This document shows, piece after piece, positions 16,298-24,387 of a stretch of 45,337 nucleotides of DNA. The stretch comes from a virus. Lineage: Duplodnaviria > Heunggongvirae > Uroviricota > Caudoviricetes. Made by a program: the position numbers and the translations under genes. Below the pieces are notes generated by a model. That model was not told the DNA's origin. It was given only the letters and a program-made list of their open reading frames with translations, and did no database searches. How positions within the stretch are numbered: the stretch's first letter is position 1; every line of letters begins with the position of its first letter. The stretch lies in IMG/VR virus record IMGVR_UViG_2718217885_000006; one strand, 5' to 3'.

Positions 16298-17869
16298 ATG
16301 GACACCTCACTTGCTCATGAGAATGCCCGCCTGCGGGCACTGTTGCAGACACAACAGGACACCATCCGCCAGATGGCTGAATACAACCGCCTGCTCTCAC
16401 AGCGGGTGGCGGCTTATGCTTCCGAAATCAACCGGCTGAAGGCGCTGGTTGCGAAACTGCAGCGTATGCAGTTCGGTAAAAGCTCAGAAAAACTTCGTGC
16501 AAAAACCGAACGGCAGATACAGGAAGCACAGGAGCGAATCAGCGCACTTCAGGAAGAAATGGCAGAAACGCTGGGTGAGCAATATGACCCGGCACTGCCA
16601 TCCCCCCTGCGCCAGTCTTCTGCCCGTAAACCGTTACCGACCTCACTTCCCCGTGAAACCCGGGTTATCCGGCCGGAAGAGGAATGCTGCCCGGCCTGTG
16701 GTGGCGAACTCAGTTCTCTGGGATGTGATGTGTCAGAGCAACTGGAGCTTATCAGCAGCGCCTTTAAGGTTATCGAAGCACAACGTCCGAAACTGGCCTG
16801 TTGCCGGTGCGACCATATCGTGCAGGCACCAGTACCTTCAAAACCCATTGCACGCAGTTATGCCGGAGCGGGGCTTCTGGCCCATGTTGTCACCGGGAAA
16901 TATGCAGACCATCTGCCGTTATACCGCCAGTCAGAAATATACCGTCGCCAGGGCGTGGAGCTGAGCCGCGCCACGCTGGGGCGCTGGACAGGTGCCGTTG
17001 CTGAACTGCTGGAGCCGCTGTATGACGTCCTGCGCCAGTATGTGCTGATGCCCGGTAAAGTCCATGCCGATGATATCCCCGTCCCGGTCCAGGAGCCGGG
17101 CAGTGGTAAAACAAGGACTGCCCGGCTGTGGGTCTACGTCCGTGATGACCGTAACGCCGGTTCACAGATGCCTCCGGCGGTCTGGTTCGCGTACAGCCCG
17201 GACCGGAAAGGCGTCCATCCACAGAATCATCTGGCCGGTTACAGCGGTGTGCTTCAGGCCGATGCTTACGGTGGTTACCGGGTGTTATACGAATCCGGCA
17301 GAATAACGGAAGCCGCGTGTATGGCTCATGCCCGGAGAAAAATCCACGATGTGCATGCAAGAGTGCCCACCGACATCACCACGGAAGCCCTGCAGCGTAT
17401 CGGTGAACTGTATGCCATAGAGGCAGAAGTCCGGGGATGTACAGCAGAACAGCGTCTGGCGGCAAGAAAAGCCAGAGCTGCGCCACTGATGCAGTCACTG
17501 TATGACTGGATACAGACTCAGATGAAAACACTGTCGCGTCACTCGGATACGGCAAAAGCGTTCGCATACCTGCTGAAACAGTGGGATGGCCTGAACGTGT
17601 ACTGCAGTAATGGCCAGGTGGAAATCGACAACAACATCGCAGAGAACGCCTTACGGGGAGTGGCCGTAGGCCGGAAAAACTGGCTCTTCGCGGGTTCCGA
17701 CAGCGGTGGCGAACATGCGGCGGTGTTGTACTCGCTGATCGGCACATGCCGTCTGAACAATGTGGAACCAGAAAAATGGCTGCGTTACGTCATTGAGCAT
17801 ATCCAGGACTGGCCGGCAAACCGGGTACGCGATCTGTTGCCCTGGAAAGTTGATCTGACCTCTCAGTAA
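16298..17869 (+). CDS. IS66-family transposase TnpC
   Basis: 523 aa; N-terminal leucine-zipper-like region, CxxC...CxxC zinc-ribbon (CPACGG ... CCRCDH), DDE-type catalytic region. Confidence 0.85.
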   Translation: MDTSLAHENARLRALLQTQQDTIRQMAEYNRLLSQRVAAYASEINRLKALVAKLQRMQFGKSSEKLRAKTERQIQEAQERISALQEEMAETLGEQYDPALPSPLRQSSARKPLPTSLPRETRVIRPEEECCPACGGELSSLGCDVSEQLELISSAFKVIEAQRPKLACCRCDHIVQAPVPSKPIARSYAGAGLLAHVVTGKYADHLPLYRQSEIYRRQGVELSRATLGRWTGAVAELLEPLYDVLRQYVLMPGKVHADDIPVPVQEPGSGKTRTARLWVYVRDDRNAGSQMPPAVWFAYSPDRKGVHPQNHLAGYSGVLQADAYGGYRVLYESGRITEAACMAHARRKIHDVHARVPTDITTEALQRIGELYAIEAEVRGCTAEQRLAARKARAAPLMQSLYDWIQTQMKTLSRHSDTAKAFAYLLKQWDGLNVYCSNGQVEIDNNIAENALRGVAVGRKNWLFAGSDSGGEHAAVLYSLIGTCRLNNVEPEKWLRYVIEHIQDWPANRVRDLLPWKVDLTSQ

Positions 17870-17899
17870 ATATCAATACGGTTCTGGCGAGCCGCTTAC

Positions 17900-17907
17900 A
17901 ACCACAG
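17900..17907. repeat. target-site duplication (right copy) of IS66-family element
   Basis: AACCACAG immediately after the right inverted repeat. Confidence 0.8.
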
Positions 17908-18005
17908 AGCCTTTCAGGGGTGAGCTTACGGGATGGTCAGTGTGACTTTCTCTGTGGGCTGGTCACCCCAGGGCGCAGGCTCACCCACTAAAAGGAAAAG
18001 TCACG

Positions 18006-18431
18006 ATGTTTGGTATTTTCAAAAAGAAAACACGCAAGGCCATTACCGAAGTGAAGAAGATGGAGAATCGCGATGCAGTGGAGGCGACCGTCTGGGGTGC
18101 GTATTCCATTGCATATGCTGACGGCACCTGTGACGCGAAAGAAATCGCGGTACTGGAGAAAACCATTGCAGCACTTCCTGCCTTTGCGCCGTTCTCGGGT
18201 GAGATTGCACAAATGAGTGCAAATATCCGCGCCCGTTATGAAGCATCGCCGCGTTCTGCCAATGCCGAAGCCCTCCGCCAGCTGGCTGATATTGCAGGTA
18301 CTGATGACGCAGTTAATGTGCTGTGCCTGTGTCTGGATATCGCTGACCAGGATGGTATTGGTCCGGATGAAGAAGCACAGCTCAAGAAAATTGCTCAGGC
18401 GCTGCAGCTACCACTGGAGCAGTACCTGTGA
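18006..18431 (+). CDS. TerB-like (tellurite-resistance TerB domain) protein
   Basis: 141 aa; helical protein with YADGTCDAKEIAVLEK and DIADQDGIGPDEEAQLKKIAQAL segments resembling the TerB repeat; call by recollection. Confidence 0.5.
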   Translation: MFGIFKKKTRKAITEVKKMENRDAVEATVWGAYSIAYADGTCDAKEIAVLEKTIAALPAFAPFSGEIAQMSANIRARYEASPRSANAEALRQLADIAGTDDAVNVLCLCLDIADQDGIGPDEEAQLKKIAQALQLPLEQYL

Positions 18432-18592
18432 AAAGTGCGCGCCTTGTGCTGGCTGCCATCCTGCTGTTTCTGGTAGTGGCAGTGGATTTCACCGGACGGC
18501 TGATGTCGGTACTGGCAGATGGTGTGCTGGTGGCGGGGATGGTGATAATGGTGTTGCCTTTGCTGAAGAGTGTAAAAAATACACAGACGTGA
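18428..18592 (+). CDS. small membrane protein (54 aa)
   Basis: GTG start overlapping the TerB-like stop (GTGA); two hydrophobic segments (LVLAAILLFLVVAV, LVAGMVIMVLPLL). Confidence 0.4.
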   Translation: MKSARLVLAAILLFLVVAVDFTGRLMSVLADGVLVAGMVIMVLPLLKSVKNTQT

Positions 18593-18786
18593 AATGTTAA
18601 ATCCATCACAATTAAGTTGATTGGGCATTGCTGGTTGACGGAGCTTTTGTTAGAAAAAATTTGCATGGTGGATCCCCCCGGGTGGTGGGCATATGAGTGA
18701 TGTATGTTTCTGTTCTGCTCCTTTATTATGCTGATTCGGGTACTGATACTGAATTCATCGGGAGGCACCCGGCACCATGCAAGCAT

Positions 18787-18809
18787 GCCCCTCTCCTGAG
18801 GGGCTTTTT
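18787..18809 (+). terminator. intrinsic terminator-like hairpin
   Basis: Stem GCCCCTC/GAGGGGC, 4-nt loop, followed by TTTTT. Confidence 0.45.
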
Positions 18810-18853
18810 ATATAAACAGGTTCTACAGATTCTATCAGACATGCGTAAACTTA

Positions 18854-19189
18854 TTATGGCCTGTGTCGTTTTAGTCCGTAGGGGCATATTTGCAGAATGC
18901 AACGGTTATTAAAGCATTCATTAAATACGTTATCTGAATTTGCAGGGCATTCCTGGCTGTTTTTGATTAAATCCCAGAATCTTTTATTGAATGGTACAAC
19001 GTTGTAAATGGTTACAGGTAGCACTTTGTTATTGAGTACGATACCTGTGTGAGTCAGCGTAAATATACTTTCAGGAGGTAAGAAAACATCCGATTGATAC
19101 CAGATTATTAATTTTATTTTACTCCATATGGCTGAAAAAGATATTCCACATGATGGCTGGATAACTGTATCAATCACAATCCACTTCAT
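18854..19189 (-). CDS. hypothetical protein (111 aa) in AT-rich island
   Basis: ATG with AAGGA SD 6-7 nt upstream; opposite strand to surrounding late genes; long AT-rich upstream region 19190-19435. Confidence 0.4.
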   Translation of the reverse strand: MKWIVIDTVIQPSCGISFSAIWSKIKLIIWYQSDVFLPPESIFTLTHTGIVLNNKVLPVTIYNVVPFNKRFWDLIKNSQECPANSDNVFNECFNNRCILQICPYGLKRHRP

Positions 19190-19450
19190 TTAGTTTCCTT
19201 ATTTATGCCTTGCTGGTGATGTTCTGAAAAGTATAAATGATAATTTTGAATGTAAACCATAGAGCAGAACTGTTTTTCTGATTTTGTTTATTGTTTATTT
19301 AAAATGCAGGGTGGTTTATATCTCGTCTTGTAGTTTATCCATGCATATCTGCTTTATGATGAGGTTTTATTTAAGGTATGGTTTTGTGTTTTTTTCTGTA
19401 TTGCATGTCAGGTATTTTAAAGAATTATTTTTTAGATGGTGGAAAGAACC

Positions 19451-19786
19451 ATGGCATTTAAACACTATGATGTTGTCAGGGCGGCGTCGCCGTCAGATCT
19501 TGCGGAAAAGCTGACACACAAACTGAAAGAGGGCTGGCAGCCATACGGCGGACCGGTTGCCATTACGCCGTACACACTGATGCGGGCGGTGGCTATTGAA
19601 GGAGAGCCACAGGTCGGCCCTTCATCTGAGCCGGACTGGTTCTACGTGGTTGTGCTTACCGGACAGTCCAACAGCATGGCCTACGGTGAAGGGCTTCCGT
19701 TACCGGATTCTTACGATGCTCCGGATCCGCGCATTAAACAGCTGGCGCGCCGCAGCACGGTAACTGGCATTTTTAGCAGAGCCTGA
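19451..19786 (+). pseudogene. truncated nanS-p-like gene (DUF1737 plus start of sialate O-acetylesterase domain)
   Basis: N-terminus MAFKHYDVVRAASPSDLAEKLTHKLKEGWQPYGGP matches the DUF1737 module found upstream of lambdoid lysis genes; then the beginning of an SGNH/SASA esterase (VVVLTGQSNSMAYGEG) and stops after about 110 codons. Confidence 0.6.
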
Positions 19787-19893
19787 ATGCCATAATCACG
19801 GCTCCCGGAGTTGGCCGTCAGTGGGTGACACGGGCGGCTTTTTGTTTTTCTTTACTTTCATTTTCTGTCGGCGGGGACGGAGACATACATCAT

Positions 19894-20100
19894 ATGGAAA
19901 AAATTACAACAGGTGTGTCATACACCACGTCAGCGGTGGGGACGGGATACTGGTTACTGCAGCTGCTGGACAGGGTTTCCCCGTCTCAGTGGGCGGCAAT
20001 AGGCGTGCTGGGGAGTCTGCTGTTTGGTCTGCTGACGTACCTGACGAACCTGTATTTCAAAATTAAAGAAGACCGGCGTAAGGCGGCGCGGGGAGAGTAG
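19894..20100 (+). CDS. holin (lambdoid S-type)
   Basis: 68 aa; [23 protein letters not shown] ... hydrophobic helix ... C-terminal charged tail ([13 protein letters not shown]); GGAG SD. Confidence 0.8.
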   Translation: MEKITTGVSYTTSAVGTGYWLLQLLDRVSPSQWAAIGVLGSLLFGLLTYLTNLYFKIKEDRRKAARGE

Positions 20101-20103
20101 ACG

Positions 20104-20745
20104 ATGAACCATGAAGAAATGAATCAGCGCATAAGTTGCCTGGAAAATGAAATCACTGAACTGAATAAAAAACTGTCGGTGCTGATGGTTTCTGAAGATG
20201 AAAAAAAACGCCGCGATGAGCAGGAAGCAGCGTTTTACGATGATTGCATCAAAATTGCTCGCAGGACCTTTGCGAAGATTTTGCAGGAAAAGTTTTTACC
20301 GACCGCATTGTCAGAAAAGCACTCCATTACAGTTAAAAGTGCCGGAGAGGAAGGCAATAAACGTTATTTTATTGCGTCTGCACCGGATAAAGACCAGGAA
20401 TGGGGGGGGAATCGGCCATCTTTTATTGTGACAAGCGATGACTGGAATATCACGATCCGTGAAGATGGAAAAGTAACACCAGCATCGCACCAGCACAGTG
20501 AGGCGCTCATTGAATTTGCCATTGATTACCTGAAGAACAATAAAAAGCAGGGACTAATGAAGCGCATTGGTCGTTGCATGGGATATCTGCAGGTAGCTGC
20601 TGAGATTGAAGCGCTGGCCAGTGGTGCGGACAAGGATGCAGTTGTGCGGGAGGCTCTTCTTCGTGATTTTGATAATCCACCCTTTAAAAAAGTGCCGGCT
20701 TACTGGTTTCATCCAGGACTGACTTATCTTAAAGGACGTATATAA
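20104..20745 (+). CDS. hypothetical protein (213 aa) inserted between holin and endolysin
   Basis: ATG 4 nt after holin stop with GGAGAG SD; N-terminal coiled-coil (NQRISCLENEITELNKKLSVL); no recognisable domain. Confidence 0.55.
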   Translation: MNHEEMNQRISCLENEITELNKKLSVLMVSEDEKKRRDEQEAAFYDDCIKIARRTFAKILQEKFLPTALSEKHSITVKSAGEEGNKRYFIASAPDKDQEWGGNRPSFIVTSDDWNITIREDGKVTPASHQHSEALIEFAIDYLKNNKKQGLMKRIGRCMGYLQVAAEIEALASGADKDAVVREALLRDFDNPPFKKVPAYWFHPGLTYLKGRI

Positions 20746-20754
20746 GCTGGCTCG

Positions 20755-21069
20755 TTATCTGTTGCCGGATAATCGACGGAAGATGCGTTCTTTTTGTGAT
20801 TTGGCGTAATGATGATCCCACTCACATTCAAGGTAGTTTAATTCTTCGTTTAACCAGTCATTTATATTGTCTTTCAGACGTAGAAGCATGGCTGGTGTTA
20901 ATATTCTGGACATAATGTCGAGAGTTGGTGGTGTGAGGTGTCCATACGGTTCAGCCTGAATGGATTTTACTGCTTCGTGGTTTTGCTGAATGAGTTTAAG
21001 GAATGCTGATTTAAATTGTTCATTCATGGCCTGCATGCAGGCGGTATATTTATGTTCATCGTTATACAT
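20755..21069 (-). CDS. hypothetical protein (about 104 aa), convergent with preceding gene
   Basis: Start chosen at ATG (MYNDEHKY...) with GAGGA SD 8-9 nt upstream; the track ORF extends to a GTG at 21123. Confidence 0.45.
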   Translation of the reverse strand: MYNDEHKYTACMQAMNEQFKSAFLKLIQQNHEAVKSIQAEPYGHLTPPTLDIMSRILTPAMLLRLKDNINDWLNEELNYLECEWDHHYAKSQKERIFRRLSGNR

Positions 21070-21197
21070 TGCTAAATCCTCGACGGGAATTGTCAGATAT
21101 ATTTCAGCCATCAGGTAAAACACCAGTGCCCACCACTGGCGGGCTGAAGACTTAACATATCCAGGGATTCGGAACCGATAAATCCTGATAAATATCC

Positions 21198-21731
21198 ATG
21201 AACACCAAAATCAAATACGGTCTGTCGGCTGCCGTTCTGGCGCTGATTGCCGCAGGTGCGCCTGCGCCTGAAATCCTCGACCAGTTTCTGGATGAAAAGG
21301 AAGGTAACCACACAACGGCATACCGCGATGGTTCCGGCATCTGGACCATCTGTCGGGGTGCCACGATGGTGGATGGAAAACCCGTTTTTCCCGGTATGAA
21401 ACTGTCGAAGGAAAAATGCGACCAGGTCAACGCCATTGAGCGTGATAAGGCGCTGGCATGGGTGGAGCGCAATATTAAAGTACCACTGACCGAACCACAA
21501 AAAGCGGGTATCGCGTCATTTTGTCCCTATAACATTGGCCCCGGTAAGTGTTTTCCATCGACGTTTTATAAGCGGCTGAATGCTGGTGATCGTAAAGGTG
21601 CATGCGAGGCGATTCGCTGGTGGATAAAAGATGGTGGGCGCGATTGCCGCATACGTTCAAATAACTGCTATGGACAGGTTATTCGTCGTGACCAGGAAAG
21701 CGCATTAGCCTGTTGGGGGATAGATCAGTGA
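21198..21731 (+). CDS. endolysin, GH24 lysozyme with N-terminal SAR-like segment
   Basis: 177 aa; weakly hydrophobic Gly/Ala-rich N-terminus ([19 protein letters not shown]) followed by T4-lysozyme-like catalytic region ([23 protein letters not shown]). Confidence 0.85.
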   Translation: MNTKIKYGLSAAVLALIAAGAPAPEILDQFLDEKEGNHTTAYRDGSGIWTICRGATMVDGKPVFPGMKLSKEKCDQVNAIERDKALAWVERNIKVPLTEPQKAGIASFCPYNIGPGKCFPSTFYKRLNAGDRKGACEAIRWWIKDGGRDCRIRSNNCYGQVIRRDQESALACWGIDQ

Positions 21732-22195
21732 GCAGAGTCGCCGCGATTATTTATGCTCTGGTTATCTGCATCATCGTCTGCCTGTCGTGGGCGGTCAATC
21801 ATTACCGTGATAACGCCATCGCCTACAAAGAACAGCGTGATAAAAAAGTCAGTGAGCTGAAGCAGGCGATCGCCACCATCGCTGACATGCAGCAGCGTCA
21901 GCGTGATGTTGCTGCTCTCGATGCAAAGTACTCGAGAGAATTAGCCAATGCGAAAGCTGAAAATGAAACTCTGCGCGCTGATGTTGCCGCTGGTCGTAAG
22001 CGCCTGCGGGTCAATGCCAGTTGCTCCGCAGCCGTGCGTGAAGCCACCGGACCCACCAGCGTGGATAATGCAACCAGCCCCCGACTGGCAGACACCGCTG
22101 AACGGGATTATTTCACCCTCAGAGAACGGTTGATGACGATGCAGAAGCAACTGGAAGGGGCGCAGGAATATATTCGCACCCAGTGCATTAAGTAG
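21728..22195 (+). CDS. i-spanin Rz
   Basis: N-terminal TM helix ([19 protein letters not shown]) plus coiled-coil periplasmic domain; near-identical to lambda Rz as recalled; GTG start with GGGGGA SD, overlaps endolysin stop. Confidence 0.8.
   Translation: MSRVAAIIYALVICIIVCLSWAVNHYRDNAIAYKEQRDKKVSELKQAIATIADMQQRQRDVAALDAKYSRELANAKAENETLRADVAAGRKRLRVNASCSAAVREATGPTSVDNATSPRLADTAERDYFTLRERLMTMQKQLEGAQEYIRTQCIK
21948..22133 (+). CDS. o-spanin Rz1 (embedded in Rz in the +1 frame)
   Basis: 61 aa; lipoprotein signal with lipobox VVSAC; Pro-rich mature part ([30 protein letters not shown]), very close to lambda Rz1 as recalled. Confidence 0.8.
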   Translation: MRKLKMKLCALMLPLVVSACGSMPVAPQPCVKPPDPPAWIMQPAPDWQTPLNGIISPSENG

Positions 22196-22218
22196 CCTTT
22201 TTGTTATCAGGAGAATGT

Positions 22219-22485
22219 ATGAAGAAATTACTGGTAACCGCAAAGCTCTTTAATGGAAGAATCCCGTTCCGGATTTTACAGCGTTGTCGTGTTCTGGCTG
22301 AAGGTACATTCAGTGGTAAATGCACGGAATGTTATTCACGAATATATGAAGTGGATGCCACGGATGAAGATATAACCGTTGAGTGTAATGCCGGGATTGT
22401 ATCGGCCACATTGCTTCATGGGCGAATTGGGTTGTCGCAGGAGGATGCAAATGAATTACCAACTGGCAAAACTTTATCGTGGTAA
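22219..22485 (+). CDS. hypothetical protein (88 aa)
   Basis: ATG with AGGAGA SD 6 nt upstream, directly after Rz. Confidence 0.4.
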   Translation: MKKLLVTAKLFNGRIPFRILQRCRVLAEGTFSGKCTECYSRIYEVDATDEDITVECNAGIVSATLLHGRIGLSQEDANELPTGKTLSW

Positions 22486-22651
22486 ACATTTCGCAGGGTA
22501 TGGGATTGCAGTTAATGGTGAGTTACTGGAAGGGCAGCTTTCCGCCAGGACAGAGTCACGCGGAGGCGAGCCACCAACCGTCACTGTGACTTTCAGACTG
22601 ACAGCAGAACATATCGAGAATCAGCCCGTCATTAAACTGAACAGGGTGTGA
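22451..22651 (+). CDS. hypothetical protein (66 aa)
   Basis: ATG with AGGAGG SD 6 nt upstream; overlaps the end of the preceding ORF. Confidence 0.4.
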   Translation: MNYQLAKLYRGKHFAGYGIAVNGELLEGQLSARTESRGGEPPTVTVTFRLTAEHIENQPVIKLNRV

Positions 22652-22660
22652 GGTATATTT

Positions 22661-23011
22661 ATGCCATCACGAATCCCACGCGCCTGCCGTAAGCGTGGAT
22701 GTGCAGGTACAACCACAGACAGTTCTGGTTACTGCGATAAACATCGTGGCGAAGGATGGGTACAGCATCAACGCGGACTGAGCCGCCACCAGCGTGGCTA
22801 TGGCTCGAAATGGGATGCCATACGTGCGCGCATACTGAAGCGTGATAATCATCTGTGTCAGAACTGTCTGCGCAATGGACGAGCCGTTGAGGCCAGGACT
22901 GTAGACCACATTATCCCAAAAGCTCATGGTGGCACTGATGATGATTCCAATCTTGAGTCGTTATGCTGGGAATGCCACAGAGTGAAGACAGCAAGAGAAC
23001 ATATTCGATGA
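22661..23011 (+). CDS. HNH endonuclease (terminase-associated)
   Basis: 116 aa; Cys-rich zinc-binding and HNH motifs (CQNC ... VDHIIPKAHGG ... NLESLCWECH); located just upstream of the terminase genes. Confidence 0.85.
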   Translation: MPSRIPRACRKRGCAGTTTDSSGYCDKHRGEGWVQHQRGLSRHQRGYGSKWDAIRARILKRDNHLCQNCLRNGRAVEARTVDHIIPKAHGGTDDDSNLESLCWECHRVKTAREHIR

Positions 23012-23146
23012 TAATATTCACTGCTGTAATGCATAAAAATAGTTTCTACATTCATGCAGATACCCGGAAGGAATTTTGGGTTGTTTTAAGTAAAAAGCTG
23101 GGGTGGGGCAAATTTGAGTTAATTCGCCCCTCAGATGAGTTTAGCC

Positions 23147-23662
23147 CTACTGGAGGGTTGTTTGAATTAGTCGAAGTGCGTTCGGCAGATTCAGAGCCCC
23201 CTGAGTCAGTAACTGTAGGGTCAAATGTTTTATGGCGTCTCCCGGAAGCTCTCGGAGTTTTGAAATCAATCCCTTCTTCTGATCTTCAGGTATATTTGCA
23301 ACACGGATTATATCCTCAAGGGCAACAATCGTGTCATTGTGTAACCGAACGGTTTGAACTTTAAGGATCGCACTTAAGCCGCCATCATCAAGAAGAAAAT
23401 CAATTCCTTTCTCTGTAATGTTGCAGTACGGGGCATTGAAGATAAAATCAACGCCATCCATGGTATCGCTGCGTACGAAGGGTGTAGAAACGAGACCATG
23501 CATTTCAAGGTATAACATGCACGCCACAAAGTGATCATAGCTGTCAAATTTCTCAATAAGGTCTTGTTCCTGTGCCTTGTTTAAAGAGTTAGGAGCACAA
23601 TCTATAAGGGCGTTGAGGATTTCAAGTTGTAAGGTTCTGTCATATTTTCTGGTTTTATCCAT
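23147..23662 (-). CDS. hypothetical protein (171 aa), reverse-oriented moron
   Basis: Well-formed helical ORF on the opposite strand between HNH and terS; GGAG SD; AT-rich relative to flanking structural genes. Confidence 0.5.
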   Translation of the reverse strand: MDKTRKYDRTLQLEILNALIDCAPNSLNKAQEQDLIEKFDSYDHFVACMLYLEMHGLVSTPFVRSDTMDGVDFIFNAPYCNITEKGIDFLLDDGGLSAILKVQTVRLHNDTIVALEDIIRVANIPEDQKKGLISKLRELPGDAIKHLTLQLLTQGALNLPNALRLIQTTLQ

Positions 23663-23904
23663 TTCTTAGACTCCATCGTTTATTTATTGAGATTAACTGA
23701 AGACATCATGCTGAGCATCCTGATGGATGACCAGTATCTTCTTTTTGCGTGATTTCTTGCTGCCATCTTCAGGGGGGAGGGGGGGATCAAATCCCTGACG
23801 CCTTTCGCGCTTCAGGACCGCCGCCTGACCCTTCCTCATATCGCCGCAGGTTCGAAAACTTTTTTTTGGAAATGTGAACAAACGATTGATAGGTAAGACC
23901 GATT

Positions 23905-24387
23905 ATGTCAGGACCTCCGAAAACCCCGCCACGCCTGCATTTGATTCGAGGCAACCCCTCAAAGCGCCCCGTTAAAGACCACAAAAAAACCGCTAAAAAG
24001 GATGAAAAAGGTCTTCCTAAAATTCCGCAGCATTTAGGGGCTCAGGGGAAGTACTGGTTCAGGCGAATGGCGGAAGAGCTGAATGCGGAAGGGATCATTT
24101 CTCAGCTTGATGCGCGTGCGCTCGAGTTGCTGGTGGAAGCCTACACCGAATATCGGCATCACTGCGAAACACTCGATGTTGAGGGGTATACCTACCGCAC
24201 GGAAACGCAGAGCGGTGATGTACTGATTAAGGCGCACCCCGCGGCGGCAATGAAAGCGGATGCCTGGAAGCGGATCCGGGCAATGCTTGCAGAGTTTGGT
24301 ATGTCACCGGCAAGCCGGGCTAAAGTAAATATCGCCGGACCGGATGATGTTGATCCGCTGGCGGAGCTTTTAAAAGCGAGAGACTGA
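23905..24387 (+). CDS. terminase small subunit (P27/HK97-type)
   Basis: 160 aa immediately upstream of and overlapping the large terminase start; basic N-terminus. Confidence 0.75.
   Translation: MSGPPKTPPRLHLIRGNPSKRPVKDHKKTAKKDEKGLPKIPQHLGAQGKYWFRRMAEELNAEGIISQLDARALELLVEAYTEYRHHCETLDVEGYTYRTETQSGDVLIKAHPAAAMKADAWKRIRAMLAEFGMSPASRAKVNIAGPDDVDPLAELLKARD

Larger units (their letters stand above)
15196..17899 (+). mobile_element. IS66-family insertion sequence (complete, 2704 bp)
   Basis: Three-ORF IS66 architecture; imperfect terminal inverted repeats beginning GTAAGCG at both ends; flanked by 8-bp direct repeat AACCACAG. Confidence 0.9.

Noticed and set aside
16449-17760. Multiple alternative-frame and antisense ORFs within the IS66 transposase gene
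   Set aside because: All overlap the continuous 523-aa transposase frame; GC-rich shadow ORFs with Arg/Pro/Ser-rich products.
18600-19435. Searched the Q-to-holin interval for tRNA genes, which often reside there in lambdoid prophages
   Set aside because: No cloverleaf-compatible sequence with conserved T-loop motifs was evident by eye; a tRNA scan would be needed to be certain.
22963-23364. 133-aa plus-strand ORF overlapping the HNH 3' end and the minus-strand 171-aa gene
   Set aside because: Composition is not protein-like and it runs through an AT-rich intergenic hairpin; the minus-strand ORF is the more convincing gene.
23772-23785. G6-A-G7 tract considered as a possible CRISPR-like or repeat element
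   Set aside because: Single occurrence with no repeat-spacer periodicity; more likely part of the cos/packaging region. No CRISPR array exists anywhere in the window.
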